From NCBI GenBank assembly GCA_964202905.1, contig CAXNJO010000006.1, positions 160,001 through 224,000 on the forward strand: a stretch of 64,000 bases of DNA. The letters run 5' to 3'. Below are positions 29,472 to 37,138 of the stretch, piece by piece. The notes beneath the pieces are model-generated. The model did no database searches. It was not told the DNA's origin and saw only the letters and a list, made by a program, of their open reading frames with translations. Origin of the DNA: Polyangiales bacterium. GTDB taxonomy: Bacteria > Myxococcota_A > Polyangia > Polyangiales > JADJQN01. The translations under genes and the position numbers were made by a program. Within the stretch, counting starts at the first letter, position 1. The number at the start of each line of letters is the position of its first letter.

Positions 29472-30319
29472 GTCCGATGGACGGGGAGCGCACGATGGAC
29501 GCGCAGCGTGGGTCGGTGGGCGAGGTTGAGGGCGAGGCCGGAGCGGTGCCCGTGTCGCTCGAGCCGGTGCGGCCGCTCGACTACGTGAAGTCGGCCGCGC
29601 TCTGGGCCGCGGGCGTCGCGTGGCTGGTGCCGACGCTCGGGCCGATGACGCTGCTGAACGCGACGGTCGGCCCGGAGCGCATCGAAGCGATCTCGCGCGT
29701 GTACACGCGCACGCAGGTCGCGCTCACCGGCTCGCGGTGGCGCACGGTGGTGCACCCCGAGGTCGACCCGAAGGGCGTCTACCTCTTCGCGCAGAACCAC
29801 ACGAACCACTTCGATCACGTCACGCTCTACGCGGCGACACCGCACTTCAAGCAGGGTGTCGAGCTCGAGTCGCACTTCTCGTATCCGTTCTACGGCTGGT
29901 TCATGAAGGCGCGCGGCACGATCCCGGTGCGCCCGGGCTCGAAGGGCCAGACCCCGGAGATCCTCGCGCGCTTCAAGTCCGAGGTCGACAAGGGGCACTC
30001 GATCCTCGCCTTCCCCGAGGGCACGCGCACGCTCGACGGGCGCGTCGGGCGCTTCCGCACGGGCACCTTCTTCATCGCGCGCGATCTCGGCATCCCCGTG
30101 GTGCCCGTCGCGGTGACCGGCATGTACGAGGTGATGCGCAAGGGCAGCTATCTGCTGCGTCCCGGGCACACGGTGACCGTCCACGTCGAGCGCCCGATCC
30201 CCACGGCCGGGCTGCGCGACGACGAGGTCCCCGCGCTCGCCGCCGAGGTCCAGCGCGTCGTGGCCGCGCGCATCGACACGTACTGGCGCGAGAAGGCGGA
30301 GCGGGGCGCCGCGCGATGA
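29468..30319 (+). CDS. Lysophospholipid (1-acylglycerol-3-phosphate) acyltransferase, PlsC-like
   Basis: NHTNHFD (HxxxxD), FPEGTR and VVPVAV; start uncertain (GTG 29468 or ATG 29477/29495). Confidence 0.9.
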   Translation: MSPMDGERTMDAQRGSVGEVEGEAGAVPVSLEPVRPLDYVKSAALWAAGVAWLVPTLGPMTLLNATVGPERIEAISRVYTRTQVALTGSRWRTVVHPEVDPKGVYLFAQNHTNHFDHVTLYAATPHFKQGVELESHFSYPFYGWFMKARGTIPVRPGSKGQTPEILARFKSEVDKGHSILAFPEGTRTLDGRVGRFRTGTFFIARDLGIPVVPVAVTGMYEVMRKGSYLLRPGHTVTVHVERPIPTAGLRDDEVPALAAEVQRVVAARIDTYWREKAERGAAR

Positions 30320-30966
30320 CCACGGCGCTCAAGGCCGACGCGAAGCCCGACGGGCGCACCGAGCGCGCGCAGGCGATCCGCCTCGAGCGCCGCGCGCACC
30401 TGCTCGACTCCGCGCTCCGCACCTTCGCGGCGCGGGGCTATCACCAGACCAGCATCGCGGACATCGTCGACGAGGCGGGCGTCGCGCGCGGCACGTTCTA
30501 CCTGTATTTCGAGTCGAAGAGCGCCGTCTTCCTCGCGCTGCTCGACGAGCTGCTCGCGCACCTGCGCGCGAACGTCGTCGGCGTCGACGTGACGCCGGGC
30601 GCGGCGCCGCTCGCCGCGCAGCTCCTCGACATCGTGCGCCGCATCCTGCGCACGGTGCTCGAGAAGCGCGCGCTCGCGAACATCGTCTTCCGCGAGGCCA
30701 TCGGGCTCGACGCGGAGGTCGACGCGAAGCTGCGCGTGTTCTACGCGTCGCTGCACCGCTTCCTCGTCGAGGCGCTCGAGCTCGGGCAGCAGACGGGCGC
30801 GGTGCGCGGGACACTCGACGTCGACGCGAGCGCGTCCTGCATCCTCGGCTCGATCAAGCAGGTGCTCGAGCAGTATTTCGTGCAGCAGGGCGAGCGCGAC
30901 TTCGACGTCGAGCGCTTCGCCCGCGCGATCCTCGACTACAACCTGCACGGCGTGCTCGCGCGCTGA
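30316..30966 (+). CDS. TetR/AcrR family transcriptional regulator
   Basis: RGYHQTSIADIVDEAGVARGTFYLYFESK helix-turn-helix; ATGA overlap. Confidence 0.94.
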   Translation: MTTALKADAKPDGRTERAQAIRLERRAHLLDSALRTFAARGYHQTSIADIVDEAGVARGTFYLYFESKSAVFLALLDELLAHLRANVVGVDVTPGAAPLAAQLLDIVRRILRTVLEKRALANIVFREAIGLDAEVDAKLRVFYASLHRFLVEALELGQQTGAVRGTLDVDASASCILGSIKQVLEQYFVQQGERDFDVERFARAILDYNLHGVLAR

Positions 30967-30979
30967 CGGCGCGACGCGG

Positions 30980-32089
30980 TCAGCTGCTCGCGGCGGGCGC
31001 GGACGGCGTCGGCGACGCGGCGCCGGGCGCGGGGGCCTCGGGGCCCGCGGGCGGCTGCGGTCCGGGCGGCTGCGATCCGGGCGGCTGCGATCCGGGAACC
31101 TGCGGCTCGGGCCCTGCGCCCGGCGTGCGCGGCAGGCCGAGCGATTCGCGGTAGCGCTCGTCGCCCGGGCCGTGGAGCGCCCAGTACGGGAGGCGCTCGG
31201 TGCGCAGGAGCGTGGCGCGCTCGCCGTCGCTCGCCGTCCACGCGAGGATGCGGCGCTGCCCGCCCTGCTCGACGTTGAAGGTGCGCGTCACACCCTCATA
31301 GGAGAGGGTGAAGCGATCGACGCCGCCGGCCTCGTGGGACCGCGCGATGCGGGCGGGCGTCGGCCTCAAGGGGATGTGGGCGCGGCGCGTGCTCCAGAGG
31401 CGCGGGACGAGCATGCCCTGCCAGTCGCCGCCCTCCGCGAAGGGACCATCGAGCTCGCGGAGCTGGATGAAGAGGGCGTCCTCGTAGAGCGTGCCGGCGG
31501 GGGCCGCGACGCGCTCGGTGCGCTCGCCCTCGTTCGCGAAGTAGCTGATCAGCTGCGACTCGTAGCCGTCGGCCGCGGGCCACACGCCGTGGAACACGTG
31601 GCCGCACCACTCCTGCGCGGTGAGCGTGATCTTCGCGGGGGCAAAGCGCGTCGGGAGGTAGCCGTCGACCGGCGCGAACACGCTCGTCAGGAGCGAGTAG
31701 GGGTAGATGCCCGTCTGGAAGCGCTCGGTGTAGTTGAGCTTCAGCACGGGCACGCCGCGCGCCCCGGCGGCGTCGTCCTTCACGAGCGTGTCGCGGTCGA
31801 GGGGCTCGGTGACGTAGACGAGCACGATCTCCGCCTCGCGCGGCGCGCCGTAGCGCATGACCGTCGCGCGGTAGCCGCTCAGCTCGGCGCGGCCGTCGCC
31901 CCACGTGCGCCAGAAGCCCGCGGACGCGCGCGCGCCGGGTCGCGCGGGGAGCTGGGCGTGCGCGTGCGCCGGGTGCTCGGGCGCGCTGACCGGCCCGCCG
32001 TGCGAGCAAGCCGGCGCGGCGAGCGCGGCGAGCGCGGCGAGCGTGATGGCGCGGGCGCGCCGCGCGCGGAGGCGTGAGCTGTTGGACAT
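30980..32089 (-). CDS. Conserved hypothetical lipoprotein with Pro/Gln-rich repeated tail
   Basis: Lipobox-like APAC; globular region WGDGRAELSGY...RYG...VLKLN...TGIYPYS...QEWCGH; tail with GSQPP-type 15-bp repeats at about 31055-31100. Confidence 0.75.
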   Translation of the reverse strand: MSNSSRLRARRARAITLAALAALAAPACSHGGPVSAPEHPAHAHAQLPARPGARASAGFWRTWGDGRAELSGYRATVMRYGAPREAEIVLVYVTEPLDRDTLVKDDAAGARGVPVLKLNYTERFQTGIYPYSLLTSVFAPVDGYLPTRFAPAKITLTAQEWCGHVFHGVWPAADGYESQLISYFANEGERTERVAAPAGTLYEDALFIQLRELDGPFAEGGDWQGMLVPRLWSTRRAHIPLRPTPARIARSHEAGGVDRFTLSYEGVTRTFNVEQGGQRRILAWTASDGERATLLRTERLPYWALHGPGDERYRESLGLPRTPGAGPEPQVPGSQPPGSQPPGPQPPAGPEAPAPGAASPTPSAPAASS

Positions 32090-32154
32090 CGGCGGAACGT
32101 ACGGCGCGCGACCCTGCGGGCAAGGCGCGTGCGGCAGCGGGCGTCCGTGTCGTG

Positions 32155-32171
32155 TTCAGACTCTCGTAAGA
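32155..32171 (+). promoter_or_regulatory. Candidate OmpR/CpxR-type direct repeat (TTCAGA-N5-GTAAGA)
   Basis: Two related hexamers with 11-bp period upstream of the periplasmic protein-RR-HK operon. Confidence 0.35.
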
Positions 32172-32237
32172 TGCGCGGCGCAGGTTCGACGTCGAAGGCG
32201 CGTGGCACCCGTCGGTGCCCGCACGGAGGAACGAACC

Positions 32238-32825
32238 ATGACCACGACCTCGATGAAGCACGCTGCCCGATTCCCGTTCGCGTCCGCGGCGCTCGCGTCC
32301 GCGGTGCTCGCTCTCGGCCTCGCCGTCGGGGCGGGCGGGGCCGCCGCGCAGGACGCACCCGCGCCGCGCGAGCCGGGCCACGGCGACTGCGCCTGCGACC
32401 ACGGCGGCGGGCCCGGTCACGGCGAGCGCGCGCACGGACGGCGCACCCCGGCCGAGCGGCTCGCGCATTGGCAGCAGAAGCTCGCGCGCGTCTCCGAGCG
32501 CCTGCAGCTGAACGACGCGCAGCGCGGCGCGGCGCAGCGGCTCCTCGTGGAGTTGCACGCGCGCGCCGAGCAGGACCACGCCACGACCGGCCCGCGCACG
32601 CCCGAGCGGCGCGAGGCGAGGCAGGCGCTGATGGCGCAGGCCGACGCGCGCTTCAGCGCGCTGCTCGACGCGCGGCAGCGCGCGGCGTGGGACCAGCTCA
32701 AGGGTGAGCTCCGCGCGCGGCACGGCGGGGAGCGCGGCGGCTGGCACCGCGGCGGGCGTCGCGGCGGGCATGGCCCGCGGGGCGAGGGGCGTGGCCTCCG
32801 CAGCGACGCGGCGCGGGGCATCTGA
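32238..32825 (+). CDS. Periplasmic helical protein, Spy/CpxP-like
   Basis: GGAGGA RBS, signal peptide, two LTxxQ-like motifs (LQLNDAQR, LLDARQRAAW), Gly/His/Arg-rich ends. Confidence 0.7.
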   Translation: MTTTSMKHAARFPFASAALASAVLALGLAVGAGGAAAQDAPAPREPGHGDCACDHGGGPGHGERAHGRRTPAERLAHWQQKLARVSERLQLNDAQRGAAQRLLVELHARAEQDHATTGPRTPERREARQALMAQADARFSALLDARQRAAWDQLKGELRARHGGERGGWHRGGRRGGHGPRGEGRGLRSDAARGI

Positions 32826-33488
32826 GTGGCGGAGCGCGTGCTCGTCATCGAGGACGACGCCGCGCTCGGCGGTCAGCTCGTCGCGCAGCTCGAGCGCGCG
32901 GGGTTCGTCGTGCGCTGGCTGCGCGACGGCGACGCCGCGCGCGGGGCCGATCTCGACGGGCTCAGCCTCGTGGTGCTCGACCTGATGTTGCCGGGGGTGT
33001 ACGGCCTTGATCTCCTTCGGCTTTTTCGCGCGCGCTCGGATGTGCCGGTGTTGGTGCTCACCGCGCGCAACGAGACGGCCGACAAGGTGCGCGCGCTCGA
33101 GCTCGGCGCGGACGACTACGTCACCAAGCCCTTCTGGCCCGAGGAGCTCGTCGCGCGCGTGCAGGCGCGGCTGCGGCGCCCGACGATGACGCGCGGCGAC
33201 CGGCTGCGCGTCGGCGCGCTCGACCTCGACCTCGGCGCGCACCTCGCCTCGCACGCCGGTGTCCCGCTCGATCTCACGCCCACCGAGCTGCAGCTCCTCG
33301 TCGCGCTCGCGCGGCGGCCGGGCGCCGCCGTCACGCGCCGCGCGCTCGCGGACGCCGCGCTCGATCTCGGCGGGGAGCGGACCCTCGACGTCCACGTCTC
33401 CCGCCTGCGGCGCAAGCTCCCGGAGGGCGCGCCGCGCATCGTCACGGTGTGGGGGATCGGCTACCGCCTCGAGGCGGGGACGCCGTGA
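32826..33488 (+). CDS. OmpR-family response regulator
   Basis: VLVIEDD, LDLMLPG, GADDYVTKPF, RTLDVHVSRLRRKL and TVWGIGY. Confidence 0.95.
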   Translation: MAERVLVIEDDAALGGQLVAQLERAGFVVRWLRDGDAARGADLDGLSLVVLDLMLPGVYGLDLLRLFRARSDVPVLVLTARNETADKVRALELGADDYVTKPFWPEELVARVQARLRRPTMTRGDRLRVGALDLDLGAHLASHAGVPLDLTPTELQLLVALARRPGAAVTRRALADAALDLGGERTLDVHVSRLRRKLPEGAPRIVTVWGIGYRLEAGTP

Positions 33489-34882
33489 AACTCCGTGCGC
33501 GCGCCGCGCTGACGCTCCTCGTCGGCATCGTTCCGCTCGTCGCGCTCCTCGTGTGGGGCCTCCGTGAGGTCCGCGTGCGCGCGGCGGTGGAGGCGACCTC
33601 GGAGGCGGTGCTCGAGTCGCTCGGTGAGCCCGAGCGCGCGCTCTGCGAGGCGGATCCCGCGGCGTTCGTCGCGCGCAGCGGGCGGGGCCCCGGGCCGAGG
33701 CTGCGTCGGCGCGTCGCGCGCCACGTGTCGCCGCTGCGGCTCGCGGTCTACGACGAGGCGCTGCGGCCGGTGACGCCGGACGCGCCGCGCCTCGACGCGG
33801 CGATGACGGCGGCGCTCCTCCGCGGGGAGGCGAGCGCGGCCCGGCGCGAGGAGCGTGCCCGCGGCGCGCGCCTCGTCGTCGCGACGCGCACACCCTGGGG
33901 CAGCGGCCGCTGCGCGTACGTCGTCGTGGAGCGCCCCGACGTGCGCAGGGGGCGCACGCTGCTCTGGCTGAACGCGTTCGGGGTCGCGCTCGCGACGGTG
34001 GCGATCGGCGGGCTCGCGGTCGGGCCGATCGTGCGCCGGATCCGCGCGCTGACGGCCGCGGTCGCGGCGGGCGCGCCGCTCCCGGAGGGCGGCCCGGACG
34101 AGATCGGCGAACTCACGCGCGCGTTCGCCGAGCGCCGCGACGAGCTCGGTCGGCGGCTCGCGGAGCTCGAGGCGCGCGACGCCGCGCTCAAGCGCTTCGT
34201 CGCGAACACCACGCACGACGTGATGTTGCCGCTCACCGTGCTGCACGGTCACCTCGCCGCGCTCGAGGAGGCGGCGCGTGGCGGCGACCCGCGGACGGCC
34301 GCCACGCTGCGCGCGGCGCAGGAGGAGGCGCACTACCTCGCCTCGCTCGTGCAGAACCTCGGCGTCGCCGCGAAGCTCGACGCGGGCGCGCCGCACGTCG
34401 TCTGGCACGACGTGGCGCTCGTCCCGCTGGTCGAGCGCGTCGTCGCGCGGCACGCGCGCCTCGCCGCGCAGCGCGGCCTCGAGCTCGCGCACGCCGTGCC
34501 GGAGGCGGGCGTCACCCTGCGCGGCGACGTCACGCTGCTCGAGCAGGCGGTGAGCAACCTCGTGCACAACGCGGTGCGCTACGCGGAGCCGGGCGGGCAC
34601 GTCGCCGTCGTGCTCGAGCACGCGGGCCCGGAGCGCTTCGAGCTGCGCGTGCTCGACGACGGACCGGGCGTGCCGGAGGCGCTCCTCGCGCGGCTCGGCG
34701 AGCGCGGCTTCCGCGGGGACGAGGCGCGCACGCGGCAGCCGCAGGGGCTCGGCCTCGGCCTTCACATCGCGCGCGACGTCGCAGCGCGCCTCGGGCTCAC
34801 GCTCGGCTTCGCGCGGGGCGACGAGCGCGGCCTCGTCGCGACGCTCTCGGGGCCCTGCCTGCCCGCGCGCGCGGCGGGGTGA
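33485..34882 (+). CDS. Membrane sensor histidine kinase (HAMP-HisKA-HATPase)
   Basis: Two TM segments, DEIGEL (HAMP), THDVMLPLT (H-box), NLVHNAVRY, DDGPG and GLGLGL. Confidence 0.93.
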   Translation: MKLRARAALTLLVGIVPLVALLVWGLREVRVRAAVEATSEAVLESLGEPERALCEADPAAFVARSGRGPGPRLRRRVARHVSPLRLAVYDEALRPVTPDAPRLDAAMTAALLRGEASAARREERARGARLVVATRTPWGSGRCAYVVVERPDVRRGRTLLWLNAFGVALATVAIGGLAVGPIVRRIRALTAAVAAGAPLPEGGPDEIGELTRAFAERRDELGRRLAELEARDAALKRFVANTTHDVMLPLTVLHGHLAALEEAARGGDPRTAATLRAAQEEAHYLASLVQNLGVAAKLDAGAPHVVWHDVALVPLVERVVARHARLAAQRGLELAHAVPEAGVTLRGDVTLLEQAVSNLVHNAVRYAEPGGHVAVVLEHAGPERFELRVLDDGPGVPEALLARLGERGFRGDEARTRQPQGLGLGLHIARDVAARLGLTLGFARGDERGLVATLSGPCLPARAAG

Positions 34883-34897
34883 GCCCGCGCCTGCGCG

Positions 34898-36970
34898 TCA
34901 CCGCCCGTGCAGCGCCGGGACGAGCCGCTCCGCGAGGAAGGCCTCGAGCTCGGGGGCGCCTTGGCCCGGGAGCATCTCGTCGTCGATCGGCACGGCGTAG
35001 CGCGACGTGCGCGGCGCGAGCGTCGGCAGCCACGCCGCGTGCAGCGAGAAGCCGACGACGAGCGCGTCCGACGCGAGCCGGCACGGCGGCGCCGAGAGGT
35101 CCTTCGCGTCGAGGATCCAGAGCTCGGGCCGCGTCTCGGTGAACACCATGCAGAGCAGCCAGCCGTCGTCGCGCCCGGGCTGCGCGCCCGGTCTCTGCAC
35201 GAACTGGAGAGAGCTCACCATCGTACCTGATGGCAAGACGAGCGAGTCCGCGATCGTCATCGAGCGCGTGTCGAGGCGCACGATGCAGGCCGGGCGCCCG
35301 CCCTGCGCGGGGAGCGCCTCGATCTCCGCGAGCGGCGTGATCCGGTGCGGGTAATCGGCGTAGAGGTCGTGCACGTAGCGCGTGAGCAGGTCCGGAAACA
35401 CGCCCTCGGTGCCCCAGAAAATCGAGCGGATGCGCTCGGGGAGCGCGTCGGTGCTCCCGAGCCCCTCGCCCGCGTAGAGCGAGATCGCCCAGAGTTTTTC
35501 GTCGTCGACGAGCACCGCCGCGTCGCGCACGGCACCGCTCTTCGCGTCGATCACGTAGCGGCCGAGCCGGCCGACGTCCATCGCGCCGACGGCGAGGAAG
35601 CCGCCCGCGTACGCCGGCCCGGTCTGCCCGGTGTAGTGGTTCTGGTCGTAGGGGCGCACCCACTCGGCGAGGTCGGTCGCGGGCGCGTGCGCGAGGTGCA
35701 CGGTGAGCAGGTCGCCGTCTTCGTCGTAGTCGGCGACGAAGTGATCGGACTCCACCGGGATCACGACGCGCACGGCGGTCGCGACGCCGCCCGGCGAGAG
35801 CGCGGCGCGCGGCACGACGTAGAGCACGGTGTCGGACATCTGCGGCTCGTCGAGCAGCGTGCGGAGGACGGCGTCGAGCTGCTCCTCGCCGGGGAGCGGG
35901 TCGTTGAGGAGCTGCGCGGCGCCCAGCTTGAAGCCCGTGTCGAGCAGGATGACGTGCCCGTGCGTGACCGCGATCTGGTGCACCGACTGGCGGATGGTCA
36001 CGGGGCTGCCGTCCGCGAGCACGAGGTGCGTGCGCGCGAGCTTCCCTTCGCCGTCCCAGCGGACCACGGCGCAGCCCGTCTCCGGCTGCGGGGCGCGCTC
36101 GAGCACGTGCTCGCGGAGCGCGTCACCGAGCCCGAAGCCGCGGAGTCGGTCGACGATCGCGCGCAGCGCGTCCCCGTCCGCGAGGTCGGAGAGCCCCTCG
36201 AGCGCCGCGGCGAGCGGCTTCCGCACGACGGTCGGGAGCCCCGCGAGGAGGCCGGCCGCCGAGAGGCCGAGGAGGCTCGCCGGCGAGCGCACGTAGTTGG
36301 CGGTGAAGAGCTCGCCCGTCGCCGGATCGAAGGCGGGGTGCGCGGGCGAGAGGAAGAGCGGGAAGGGCAGCGGCCCGAGCGCCGAGGCCGTCCATTCGTC
36401 GCGCGCCCCGACGGGCGTGATCGCCTCCAGCGTCTGCGGATCGAGCTCCCAGGGGCGACCCGCGTCGTACGTGACGAGGAGCCGCGGCGTGCCGTCCGCG
36501 CCGAGAAAGGGCTGGAACGCCGTGTTCGCGAAGTTGCGCGCCCCGAGCAGACCGATTCGCGCGATGCCGGCGGTCGTGAAGCGGAGCGCGGCGAGGTCCG
36601 GGCTCTCGTGGGTGAGCGCGTCGGCCCGCTGATCCCAGGTGCGAACGAGCCGAGAGGTCACGCGCGCGCTGCCCGCCGCGAAGTCCACGCGGACGACCAT
36701 CCCGTCGCCGTTCATCACCGTCGTCGGGCGCGGATACGGCAGGCCCCCCGTCGCGACGGTGCCGACGGGCGCGACGACGAAGAAGTGCCCTTCGAGCCCC
36801 TCCGGGAGCGTCCCTTCGAGGATCTGCAGGGGCACCGCGTCGAGCTCGGTGCGGCGGGCGGTGAGGACGGATGCGGGGACGCGGGGGGATTGCAAGGGAC
36901 GCTCCGTGCGTGTGCGGCGAAGATGTTCGCTCGGGGTGTCGTGCGCGGGTGGTAGTCTCCGGCGCTGCAT
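34898..36970 (-). CDS. Carotenoid oxygenase (RPE65/LSD-like) family protein
   Basis: EGTLPEGLEG, NGDGMV, NFANTA, DAGRPWELDPQTLE; four candidate Fe-His ligands (PAHP, SVHQ, SDHF, SLHAAW); DDGWL. Start uncertain (ATG 36970 or TTG 36895). Confidence 0.85.
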   Translation of the reverse strand: MQRRRLPPAHDTPSEHLRRTRTERPLQSPRVPASVLTARRTELDAVPLQILEGTLPEGLEGHFFVVAPVGTVATGGLPYPRPTTVMNGDGMVVRVDFAAGSARVTSRLVRTWDQRADALTHESPDLAALRFTTAGIARIGLLGARNFANTAFQPFLGADGTPRLLVTYDAGRPWELDPQTLEAITPVGARDEWTASALGPLPFPLFLSPAHPAFDPATGELFTANYVRSPASLLGLSAAGLLAGLPTVVRKPLAAALEGLSDLADGDALRAIVDRLRGFGLGDALREHVLERAPQPETGCAVVRWDGEGKLARTHLVLADGSPVTIRQSVHQIAVTHGHVILLDTGFKLGAAQLLNDPLPGEEQLDAVLRTLLDEPQMSDTVLYVVPRAALSPGGVATAVRVVIPVESDHFVADYDEDGDLLTVHLAHAPATDLAEWVRPYDQNHYTGQTGPAYAGGFLAVGAMDVGRLGRYVIDAKSGAVRDAAVLVDDEKLWAISLYAGEGLGSTDALPERIRSIFWGTEGVFPDLLTRYVHDLYADYPHRITPLAEIEALPAQGGRPACIVRLDTRSMTIADSLVLPSGTMVSSLQFVQRPGAQPGRDDGWLLCMVFTETRPELWILDAKDLSAPPCRLASDALVVGFSLHAAWLPTLAPRTSRYAVPIDDEMLPGQGAPELEAFLAERLVPALHGR

Positions 36971-37138
36971 GGAGTCATCGTCAACCGCGTACGCCGGTTG
37001 GCGTGGCGGTCCGGCGGTCTCGAAAGATGGGGGCGCGGGCATCGGGCCCCGGCTCCGGGCAGAGCGTCGCGGCGCTCCGCCGGCGGCGACGGGCAGCGAC
37101 GTCACGCGGGCTGACGGTCGCGGTGAGGGGCGAGAGGC

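Noticed and set aside
18789..30966. PKS/NRPS secondary-metabolite cluster
   Set aside because: ACP and adenylating enzymes are present, but there is no ketosynthase, condensation or thioesterase domain. The content fits lipid assembly.
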